Shown: positions 1 through 8,135 of the stretch, one piece after another
Layout: every line of letters starts with the position of its first letter
Position numbering within the stretch: the stretch's first letter is position 1
Source of the DNA: Calditrichales bacterium
GTDB lineage: Bacteria; Calditrichota; Calditrichia; Calditrichales; J004
Reading direction: 5' to 3'
Length of the DNA: 64,000 bases
Assembly: GCA_965267575.1 (NCBI GenBank)
Contig: OZ254086.1
Coordinates: 2,688,001 to 2,752,000, forward strand
Program-made: the position numbers and the translations under genes
The notes under the pieces: generated by a model
Database searches by the model: none
Told to the model about the DNA's origin: nothing
What the model saw: the letters and a program-made list of their open reading frames with translations, nothing else

Positions 1-502
1 GGTAGCTGCCAATCAGCGTGGCGCTGAAGGCGACGTTTTCCGCGCTGAACCCCGAGATGCCGAACTGCCGCAACACAAAGGCGGCGAACTCATCCAGGGC
101 TGTCCAGATATCGCTGCCAAACAATACGGTTAACACGATGACCTTTTGCAGCCCCGAAAGCAGCAGGGCGCTCACACCCAGCAGCAGCGCCGAAAGCCGC
201 CTGTTTTTAAACAGACCGAAAAAGAATTCGCCCAACAGACCCTGGACACCCACGGCCACATAGGCCATCAGCGGGGTGTGAGGGCTGACCATGCCCTTGA
301 TGGCCATAACGATCACCGTGGCTTTGAGGATGGCGCCGCGTTTTTCCGAGAACATGGCGAGGAGCGTGATCAGTACAACGGCGCTGCCGCCGACAAACAG
401 GCCGGTCAGCGGAATACGCATGGCGTGCAGCAAACCGCCCAGGGCCGCTTCGCTCAAAGCCCACAAGGCGGTTAAACGATGGATGATGGTGCTGTTTTGC
501 AT
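1..502 (-). CDS. Integral membrane protein, hypothetical (runs off window start)
   Basis: Not in the ORF track. Manual translation from ATG 502 gives MQNSTIIHRLTALWALSEAALGGLLHAMRIPLTGLFVGGSAVVLITLLAMF..., open to position 1 with several hydrophobic helices. Confidence 0.8.
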   Translation of the reverse strand, partial: MQNSTIIHRLTALWALSEAALGGLLHAMRIPLTGLFVGGSAVVLITLLAMFSEKRGAILKATVIVMAIKGMVSPHTPLMAYVAVGVQGLLGEFFFGLFKNRRLSALLLGVSALLLSGLQKVIVLTVLFGSDIWTALDEFAAFVLRQFGISGFSAENVAFSATLIGSY

Positions 503-564
503 ATAGGCAATCTATGAAACGCAGCGTTTTGTAAAAAGGATTGAATTGTACGGAGAAGGGAAAC

Positions 565-589
565 GTAGAGACGCAAAATTTTGCGTCTC
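565..589. repeat. GTAG-type REP palindrome
   Basis: GTAGAGACGCAAAATTTTGCGTCTC: GTAG tetranucleotide followed by a perfect palindrome, as in RAYT-associated REPs. Confidence 0.75.
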
Positions 590-681
590 AAAAAACCGTA
601 CTGTGGTGATATGTGATGTTTCTACTGATAAGAATGAAGACTCTGCCTAAGAGCCGAATATGTCGCATTCGTCGGAAATTA

Positions 682-784
682 AATTGTACCGTACCTGACG
701 GTACAGGTTGGTGAAATCTTGGCTGGTTGCTACCCATGTGTTATCCCTTCGGGACGCATCCGGTAACGTGAATCACCGGGATTT
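682..784 (+). repeat. REP-like element, copy A (direct repeat of 7298-7401)
   Basis: aattgtaccGTACCTGACGGTACag...gttgctacccatgt...ccc-ttc-gggacg; two short hairpins. Confidence 0.7.
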
Positions 785-884
785 GGCTGGGGCTTTTGTT
801 AATGGGAATGCCGGTATTTATGCTTTTTGGCACGTTGCACTTAATTTTAGAGCTGATAAGCACCGCAGCAGGTGATATGTTTTT

Positions 885-1271
885 TTACCAAATCGTTTTT
901 ATTGTTCCTGAATGCTGTATTTTTTTGTCCTTCGTGACCAATGTGTAGCCGTTTAACAGGCACATGGCTGTAATCATTCTGTCTGCGGGATCAGGATGAA
1001 ACTTTTCAATTTTTACAGATTCAACAAGCAATTGCGGCGTAAGATCTATAACTTCAAGCTGTGGAAATTTTAGCGCGTTGAAAATCCACACGTCCGCAGG
1101 CATGCTCAATTTAAGGCGGCCTTTCTTCTCCAGTAATGCGACTTCCCAACAAGAAATGGCACAAAGATACAGCTTGTCGGAATTTTTAATTTTGTTGATA
1201 GTACGGGCCGGAATCCTCTTTAAATCGCCTGTTACGAGAAATACCCAAACATGTGTGTCCAGAGCAATCAT
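885..1271 (-). CDS. vapC: PIN-domain (VapC family) toxin
   Basis: Motifs LDTHVWV, SAISCWEV-like and HPDPADRMI...LVTKD; overlaps the upstream antitoxin by 4 bp. Confidence 0.9.
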   Translation of the reverse strand: MIALDTHVWVFLVTGDLKRIPARTINKIKNSDKLYLCAISCWEVALLEKKGRLKLSMPADVWIFNALKFPQLEVIDLTPQLLVESVKIEKFHPDPADRMITAMCLLNGYTLVTKDKKIQHSGTIKTIW

Positions 1272-1492
1272 GGCAGCAAAGTCCAGTCTTCTTCACCGAC
1301 CGGATTTTCAGGATCATTATATTCCGTAACAGACCCTTTCATTCTTTCTTGCACATCTTCCCATACCTCTTCGTTGCTGCTGGGTAGCACTTTTGCGACT
1401 ACTTTCCCATGCTTGGTGATAAATATCGGCTCCTTTATGTCTTTCAGGTATTCGGATATTTTGGCTTTGAATTCATTTAAGGCAATCTGCAT
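1268..1492 (-). CDS. Phd/YefM family antitoxin (74 aa)
   Basis: MQIALNEFKAKISEYL...PIFITKHGKVVAKVLP; AAGGAG RBS before ATG 1492. The longer ORF-track extension is spurious. Confidence 0.88.
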   Translation of the reverse strand: MQIALNEFKAKISEYLKDIKEPIFITKHGKVVAKVLPSSNEEVWEDVQERMKGSVTEYNDPENPVGEEDWTLLP

Positions 1493-1523
1493 TAAACCCA
1501 TCTCCTTTATGGCTAATATTAAT

Positions 1524-1545
1524 ATGACCAATATAGGTAAGTCAT
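1524..1545. promoter_or_regulatory. Probable TA autoregulatory operator
   Basis: ATGAC-N12-GTCAT inverted repeat just upstream of the antitoxin gene. Confidence 0.4.
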
Positions 1546-1577
1546 TAATGGAAATACAAATTCCACAGAAGAAATAA

Positions 1578-2757
1578 ACGCAGCACGATATAGACCATCC
1601 AAAAGACATCACCGTCACCATCACCATCAGCGGCACAACAATAAACGACGAGACGATGACGTACAGCACGAACAAACACAGCAACCAAGGCTACTGCGCC
1701 ACCGACAACAGGTGCAGCTGCGACACAAACACAAGACTGCGAAAACACGTTTTACGATGACAACACCATCAGCTGCACAGACTGGAACGAAGGAGAATGC
1801 GGCCCAGAAGAAGGATACAAATACGACAGCACCACAATAAGCCCCCACCACGGCTACGACTTTGACGTACCCACAACCTTTAACGACGAGTTCGAGATAC
1901 GCATCACCGCCAAAGACACGCACGGCAACACCGACACAGCAACAAAAACCAGCCTGACAGAAAACTGCGCAAACGGAGAAGACGACACCCTCGAAGGATA
2001 CGTCGACTGCGCAGACCCAAGATGCGCGAGTAACACAGGCACACCCGCAATATGCTCAAAGAACGGAGAATTATCAGCACAACGATCAGAAGCATACTGC
2101 GTGGACACCAACAACGACGGAATCAAAGAAACATGCGACGGAGCAAAGTTGTACAAACACACCAAAACCACGTGCGCACTCGCACTAGGACAACCCCGCT
2201 GCAACTGCGACACAAACACACAAACACAAGACTGCGACGAAAACTACATCGACAAAAATAACGAAGAATGCTACGACTGGAACGAAGGAGAATGCGGACT
2301 AGAAGGAGGATACAAATACGACACAGAAGAAATAAACGCACCCTACGCCGATGGAAGCTGGTGCGACATGAACAATTGCTGGCAGTACGACCCAGCAAAA
2401 CTTCCTGCAGATCAATTATCATTTCACTACTGCAGTTATGGTGAAGATGATATAGTAGACTCTTTTGACGGAGATGGCAATGATGCCAACGGAGGAGAAG
2501 GCGTGTGCTGTCCTACAGGAGACTATTGGGATCCGGATGCAGATGGTCCAGGCATTGGAAGATGTGTGGGAGCGGGTCCCTGTTATCCGAGCCCACCATA
2601 CAATTGCGGATATGATTACTCATCTGACTTTTTGAATTGGGTGGGAGATTCTAATAATAATTGTTTAGACTCTACCTCACCAAGTGCTTGTTGTAGTGTT
2701 ATCAAATTTGGAAACTTAGATTATTGGTCAGATACTAACAACGTAGTCGTTTATTAA
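1578..2757 (+). pseudogene. 5'-truncated 3' fragment of a large Cys/Asp-rich surface protein (copy 1)
   Basis: Frame open from before 1735 to 2757, containing ENCANGEDDTLEGYVDCADPRC and many CC/CxC motifs. No convincing start; frameshift near 1725-1734. Confidence 0.7.
1735..2393 (+). repeat. 659-bp direct repeat, copy 1
   Basis: Matches 4421-5079 at offset 2686. Positions 1735-2050 are identical; about 14 substitutions in total by manual count. Confidence 0.95.
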
Positions 2758-4316
2758 TCAAGTTGACCAACAATTTTTCCTTTGAAAAGTAATCCGATAC
2801 GTAAGAAATCATACGCGTTTTTTCCAATAACAACTTTGTTATTTTCATCAACAGTTGTTATCATCTGACCAAAGCCCGTTCTTGGACCTCCTTCAGAAGG
2901 ACGGTAATCATCAAGAGCAACCGCGGCTGCAGGCAAGTATTCTTCATAATAATATCCTAAAGCACTAGTTGCTTGTACTCTTCCTAAACTATATTTTAAT
3001 TTTTGAATATCATCTTCAACAACATACGACTTGCTATGAACGGGTATTGATGCATTATCCATTGCCCAAACGTTATACCCTCGTTGCGCCCAGTTCGGAT
3101 TGTCTGTTCGCTCATTTGTTGTCCACAAAAGAGTATCTGTTCCTGCAGGAGTATTGAACACATAGATATCTCTAAGTTCAGAAAGCAGCCTGTCTTGTTT
3201 TTCAAACACACTATCTGGAACTGTTCCTATTGGGTCGCCGCTATTATAATCCATTGTGAATTGTTGTGTCACATAGTTTTCCCATCGAGCTGAGAAATGC
3301 GGACCAATTATGATATGACTTAGAGTGTCTAAAGGCACTGATTTATCTACTGCGTACCACAAGAAATTATAAGGAATTTCATTTGCTGAAGCCATTGCAG
3401 GAACAAAACCTGCGTAATAACTTGAAGTTGCGATGTTTTCTTGTCCGGGGTCTTGGTTTTGTGTTCTCATCGCAGCGAATTTTGTGAGTGGCACGCCATC
3501 TGCGTTTGTTCCTTCCAACCACATCGTGTACACATCACTACTAGATGTTTTTCCTAATGATTCCATGCGCACAGCATCATCTAATGCGACCGGCACGTCT
3601 GAAGAATAACTTTGTTGAGAGAGGTTCAGTCCTGGCTTGCTCGTAACTGCACCATCTAAGTCAAGCACTTTTTGCGCGACTCGTCCTTGCGGCGTCAACA
3701 CTTGCAAAAAATACATTCCTTGTGCTAATTCACCATCCATTGAGAACGTAGTGGTTCCACGATTCAAAGAGATCGGCCAATCACGCACCTTTTGTCCAAG
3801 AGTGTTATACAAAGCGATATGACCTACAGTAGGCTTTGCAGTACTCACATCAAAACTCGTTTTATCATTGAACGGGTTTGGATAATTATTTGAGAGTGCA
3901 AATGATTTTGGGATAGGTTTGTTTTTTACTTCTTCAATATCCGTAAGCGTAGCAGAGATTCGTCCATCAGCACCAATATCATAACTGGTCGTGTCACCAT
4001 TAATTGCGAAAAACGCCTTTCCAACAAGAGGCCGACCATCTAAACCCAAAGCGTAGCCAGTAACTGTTTTGTCTCCCACAGTGAATGAACCACCATCTTG
4101 AGCAAACGCAGGAAGAGCGCAAAAAGCGATGCTTGATGAGAATGTTCCAAGAGCAAGCGACGTCGCATACTCATCAAACGCGGCACGCAACCACCCCTCA
4201 CCCCTCTCACGACGAGCACGAATCTTATCCCTATGATAACGACTAAAAGGATTAAACGACTGATTCACATCAGAAAGAACATCCCGAGCATCAAGAATCT
4301 TTTCGACAAGCGACAT
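2754..4316 (-). CDS. Secreted protein with internal T9SS-CTD/FlgD-like Ig domain, 520 aa
   Basis: Long charged N-terminus, then a hydrophobic segment ending AFA-Q; TDIEE...FALSNNYPNPFN...YNTLGQKV...LAQGMYFLQV. Confidence 0.8.
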   Translation of the reverse strand: MSLVEKILDARDVLSDVNQSFNPFSRYHRDKIRARRERGEGWLRAAFDEYATSLALGTFSSSIAFCALPAFAQDGGSFTVGDKTVTGYALGLDGRPLVGKAFFAINGDTTSYDIGADGRISATLTDIEEVKNKPIPKSFALSNNYPNPFNDKTSFDVSTAKPTVGHIALYNTLGQKVRDWPISLNRGTTTFSMDGELAQGMYFLQVLTPQGRVAQKVLDLDGAVTSKPGLNLSQQSYSSDVPVALDDAVRMESLGKTSSSDVYTMWLEGTNADGVPLTKFAAMRTQNQDPGQENIATSSYYAGFVPAMASANEIPYNFLWYAVDKSVPLDTLSHIIIGPHFSARWENYVTQQFTMDYNSGDPIGTVPDSVFEKQDRLLSELRDIYVFNTPAGTDTLLWTTNERTDNPNWAQRGYNVWAMDNASIPVHSKSYVVEDDIQKLKYSLGRVQATSALGYYYEEYLPAAAVALDDYRPSEGGPRTGFGQMITTVDENNKVVIGKNAYDFLRIGLLFKGKIVGQLD

Positions 4317-4338
4317 AATATTCTAACACACCCACAGC

Positions 4339-4353
4339 TATAAAAACCTTTCC
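4339..4353 (-). promoter_or_regulatory. Archaeal-type BRE-TATA promoter candidate
   Basis: Minus strand GGAAAGG-TTTTTATA ends 22 nt before ATG 4316; no Shine-Dalgarno in between. Confidence 0.55.
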
Positions 4354-4420
4354 ATTTGTCACCACTCAATAATTAATAACAATATTATTTACAATAAAGA
4401 AAAGAAACAAAAACAGTTTC

Positions 4421-5079
4421 GACTGCGAAAACACGTTTTACGATGACAACACCATCAGCTGCACAGACTGGAACGAAGGAGAATGCGGCCCAGAAGAAGG
4501 ATACAAATACGACAGCACCACAATAAGCCCCCACCACGGCTACGACTTTGACGTACCCACAACCTTTAACGACGAGTTCGAGATACGCATCACCGCCAAA
4601 GACACGCACGGCAACACCGACACAGCAACAAAAACCAGCCTGACAGAAAACTGCGCAAACGGAGAAGACGACACCCTCGAAGGATACGTCGACTGCGCAG
4701 ACCCAAGATGCGCGAGTAACACAGGCACACCCGCAACGTGCTCAAAGAACGGAGAACTATCAGCACAACAATCAGAAGCATACTGCACCGACAACAACAA
4801 CGACGGAATCAAAGAAACATGCAACGGAGCAAAACTCTACAAACACACCAAAACCACGTGCGCACTCGCACTAGGACAACCCCGCTACAACTGCGACACA
4901 AACACACAAACACAAGACTGCGACGAAAACTACATCGACAAAAATAACGAAGAATGCTACGACTGGAACGAAGGAGACTGCGGACTAGAAGGAGGATACA
5001 AATACGACACAGAAGAAATAAACGCACCCTACGCCGATGGAAGCTGGTGCGACATGAACAATTGCTGGCAGTACGACCC
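4421..5079 (+). repeat. 659-bp direct repeat, copy 2
   Basis: Matches 1735-2393. Confidence 0.95.
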
Positions 5080-5413
5080 CGACCCAACACTAGGAGTAGA
5101 AGACGCACTCACCTATCACTACTGCAGCTACGGACAAGACGACACCGTAGGAACAACAGACGATTCCGGAAGTGGCGTGTGCTGCCCAACAGGAACAGCA
5201 TGGAACGGAATTGAATGCGTGGAAACAGAGCAATGCCACCCGCCAGAATTTCCGGGCGATGGAAGATGCGCCGCTGAATACGCCAACGAGTTCACCCAAT
5301 GGACACAAGACCAAAACTGCCTCGACGCAACAGGAGCAACGGCGTGCTGCGAAAAAATCAAATTCGGAGAATACAACTACTACTCAGACACAAGCAACAT
5401 CAAAACCTACTAA
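4421..5413 (+). pseudogene. 5'-truncated 3' fragment of the Cys-rich surface protein (copy 2, different C-terminus)
   Basis: Open from 4421 to TAA 5413. In-frame stop at 4370 and no start codon before the internal ATG at 5054. Confidence 0.72.
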
Positions 5414-5440
5414 GAACCCCCCAAAAAAAAAGAATTTTCT

Positions 5441-7030
5441 TTATTCGTCAGGACCACTACCAACATACTCCCAACCAGTACCGGGATCAAAACTATAAAG
5501 CGTCTTAAACGCATCAACCATAAAATCTGACACGCCACGCGTTTCTCCATCAACCATAAAAATGGAATCACTAAACCCCCAGGGTTCTTTGTTAATACCA
5601 AGCATCGAACCAATCTCCGCAATCTTAGTGCTTCTACCAGATAAACCATTCGTGGTCAAGTAAGCCCGCCCATCTAAGAAAATACCATTATCCTTATCCA
5701 CGCTAACACCATTTGCTGGTTGAGGGTTCTGCCATAACACACCCCAATAACCATCCTCTAACAAGTAGTTTTCATAATATTCATCAAAAATTCGCGTGTA
5801 GGGTGGTAAGCCTTCCAAACGACTCACTTCATTATCAAGAATATCAACGACCTCAGCAATCTCTTCAGGCGGTATAACATCACCATCCGTGTACTCCTCA
5901 CTCGTATCCACCACAAACGTAAAAGGACTCACAAGCCGACCATCAGAACCACGACCCAAATAATCCATCAAATCATACGTACCCGTAAAACCACCACCAT
6001 AATCATCATCCGTAATCACAAACTCCGTCACAGGAACCTTATACAAATCAACACCCATATCCCCAGCTATCGAAACAACCGCTTCTTTATCAAACCAATC
6101 CCGCTGCTCAAGATTAGAAATAGCGTAATCATAACACTTAGCAGCATCACGAACAATAAGCATCAAATCATAAAAACCCTCACCTGTAAGGTTCACATCA
6201 ACAGAATCAGGCGGTAAACGAAACGTCACAGGACCAGTAATAACAGTATCAATATCATACGCATCATCAGAAAGATTATCCACCACTAGGCGCGTGGGCG
6301 TGGTTATGGTTTGCTCACCATCCGTTAACAAATTCCTCGGCGTGAACGTCACGTTATACCACGCCTCATCAAGATAATAATCAAAAATGTTTGTCTGATC
6401 ACTCTCAAGCCACTGAGTCGTCTCAAGAGTCTCATACCCTTCTTTCTCCACGCTGACTTCAGCTAAGACTGACTCTTCAACACCATCAGATTTGTGCAAG
6501 GCATGAGGAGAAGCGCTACTAACAGCGACTTGTTGAGCGAGGGTAAAACCACCAGAAGAAAAAACCTTCTCAGTGTAACGCTCACCATTTAATTGCGCAC
6601 TCACAAAATACACCCCCGAAGGCAACGACGACACATCAGCTGTAACGTCTTGTCCAAGACGGTTATACACACGAACAGCAGGGTTCACCGCACGAGGAGC
6701 AGATATTTTCGCAGTCACCACCCCACCACGCTCAACCGCCGTTGGGAACACCCGCATATCATAATTTGCGGGAGTGAAGAATTGTTGATCTTCAATAGGA
6801 GTCACATCCCCACCAAAAGAACCGTTCTCATCGGTGACAAAGCGTGACGTGTCACCGTTGGCAATGTAGGTGACAAGGGCGTTTTGTAAAGGCTGTTGCG
6901 TGACAGAATCTCTAACGGTTCCTTGTACCGGGAACACGGCGGCGTGCAGGAATGGGCTGCAGGTGAGTGTTAGCAGCATGGCGCATAAAAAGGATCGAGT
7001 GCTTTTCGCGTGGCGGGCATTGTATCTCAT
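5441..7030 (-). CDS. Secreted protein with internal CTD-like Ig domain and degenerate zincin/DUF2927-like C-terminus, 529 aa
   Basis: Signal peptide; VQGTVRDSVTQQPLQNALV (carboxypeptidase-regulatory-like); YNRLGQDV..LPSGVYFV; AEIGSMLG...DSIF...KTLY. Confidence 0.8.
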   Translation of the reverse strand: MRYNARHAKSTRSFLCAMLLTLTCSPFLHAAVFPVQGTVRDSVTQQPLQNALVTYIANGDTSRFVTDENGSFGGDVTPIEDQQFFTPANYDMRVFPTAVERGGVVTAKISAPRAVNPAVRVYNRLGQDVTADVSSLPSGVYFVSAQLNGERYTEKVFSSGGFTLAQQVAVSSASPHALHKSDGVEESVLAEVSVEKEGYETLETTQWLESDQTNIFDYYLDEAWYNVTFTPRNLLTDGEQTITTPTRLVVDNLSDDAYDIDTVITGPVTFRLPPDSVDVNLTGEGFYDLMLIVRDAAKCYDYAISNLEQRDWFDKEAVVSIAGDMGVDLYKVPVTEFVITDDDYGGGFTGTYDLMDYLGRGSDGRLVSPFTFVVDTSEEYTDGDVIPPEEIAEVVDILDNEVSRLEGLPPYTRIFDEYYENYLLEDGYWGVLWQNPQPANGVSVDKDNGIFLDGRAYLTTNGLSGRSTKIAEIGSMLGINKEPWGFSDSIFMVDGETRGVSDFMVDAFKTLYSFDPGTGWEYVGSGPDE

Positions 7031-7187
7031 ACGCTGTGTCCGGATACGTTATCAGAATAATACTATTTACAATATCAGCATTAGAAAAACAATACCCGGA
7101 GGCTTGCGGTTTTTGATCCATAATGCGCGTATAAACAGAAATCCATTTAAGGCCCCGTTGATTGATCCCGGCTTTAGCATCCCCATT

Positions 7188-7250
7188 AACCCACGACTTC
7201 AGTCGTGGGGTTTTGCAGCTGTTATATTCCGGGGAACCGATTCATCGGTT
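7188..7250. repeat. IS200/IS605- or RAYT-type REP-like hairpins
   Basis: CCCACGACT-TC-AGTCGTGGG and AACCGAT-TC-ATCGGTT. Confidence 0.6.
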
Positions 7251-7297
7251 TTAAAAGACGTTGCACACGCAAAACCCGTTTCGGTACTTTTGCCGGC

Positions 7298-7401
7298 AAT
7301 TGTATTGTACCTGACGGTACAGAACGGGTGAAATTTTGGCTCGTTGCTACCCATGTTGTTGTCCCTGTCGGGACGGTTGGGGTATCGTAATCTCCGGATT
7401 T
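7298..7401 (+). repeat. REP-like element, copy B (direct repeat of 682-784)
   Basis: aattgtattGTACCTGACGGTACag...ggtgaaattttggctcgttgctacccatgt...gtccc-tgtc-gggacg. Confidence 0.7.
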
Positions 7402-7505
7402 CGCGTGGCATTTAATTTTACCGCTGAATTGTTTCCCAGAGTAACCACACCGGCGCAGCAGCGGTTAGGCCATTTTTTTTGGCACATGGCACTTATATTT
7501 AAAAA

Positions 7506-7805
7506 ACGAAAGAACAACGAAATGCGACTTTTAGGATTGACAATAAACGCCTCCTGGAAATATGCCGCAGTAATGATGTCTCTATTCTTGGACTATTTGG
7601 TTCACATGCCCGCGGCGAGGCCGGCGACGGAAGTGATGTGGATCTGCTGGTCCGGTTTTCTAAAAGAAAGAGCCTGGTTGATCTCATTCGATTGGAACGG
7701 GAGATTTCTATGGCACTTGGAAGAAATGTTGACTTGGTTACGGAAAGGTCACTTAGTCCGTATTTGAAAAAAGACGTTCAAAAAGACTTACGGGTAATTT
7801 ATTAA
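7506..7805 (+). pseudogene. Minimal nucleotidyltransferase (MntA-like antitoxin); start codon apparently lost, no HEPN partner
   Basis: Not in the ORF track. Frame reads ...LLEICRSNDVSILGLFGSHARGEAGDGSDVDLLVRF...LGRNVDLVT...VIY*; ACG sits where the ATG is expected. Confidence 0.75.
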
Positions 7806-8003
7806 AAACAACGCAGATGCACATCAAATATCGTATTGACCGAAGCGGCGTATCAATCGGCAAAATCGAAGACTCCGGCCGTGAGGAGAAGCGTTTTTGC
7901 GCAAACTCTCCCATCGAAGTAAATCTGGAAATGATTACATATTTGAGAGATGCTTCTATGGCGAAGAGGCGACTACCGGAAGAATTCAAAGAGTTTTTGA
8001 ATT

Positions 8004-8135
8004 TGTTAATGTTGGCCGTATGAAGCGTTGGGGATTTCGGAGCCACTTCGCTATCAAGGTACAATGAACTTTGATGCGAGAACCATGCTTCCAATAACTT
8101 ATTCGCCCCCAATGTTTTATGACCTCGTGTTAGCG
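8004..8135 (-). mobile_element. attC-like site (degenerate R')
   Basis: Minus strand R'' CGCTAAC at the end of the upstream gene, an imperfect internal stem, and R' ATTAACA. Confidence 0.55.

Noticed and set aside
18..506. Plus-strand ORFs at the window start
   Set aside because: They are antisense to a convincing minus-strand membrane-protein gene.
1493..1684. N-terminal extension of the antitoxin (138-aa ORF in the track)
   Set aside because: It is antisense read-through of T-poor foreign DNA; the RBS and Phd similarity start at ATG 1492.
1735..5079. Diversity-generating retroelement TR/VR pair
   Set aside because: Mismatches are not confined to adenines in either direction (C/T, C/G and C/A changes occur), the repeat is much longer than a typical TR, and no reverse transcriptase is in the window.
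1545..5376. Many Val/Cys/Arg-rich small ORFs on both strands
   Set aside because: They are shadows of the A/C-skewed Cys-rich frame, which has few stop codons in other frames.
565..7401. CRISPR array
   Set aside because: The hairpin repeats are few, unevenly spaced and REP-like; there is no repeat-spacer periodicity and no cas gene.
7336..8112. Track ORFs 7336-7767, 7753-8112 and 7817-8023
   Set aside because: The first is an off-frame overlap of the MNT gene and the second runs through an attC site. The third has no recognisable motif and is left uncalled.
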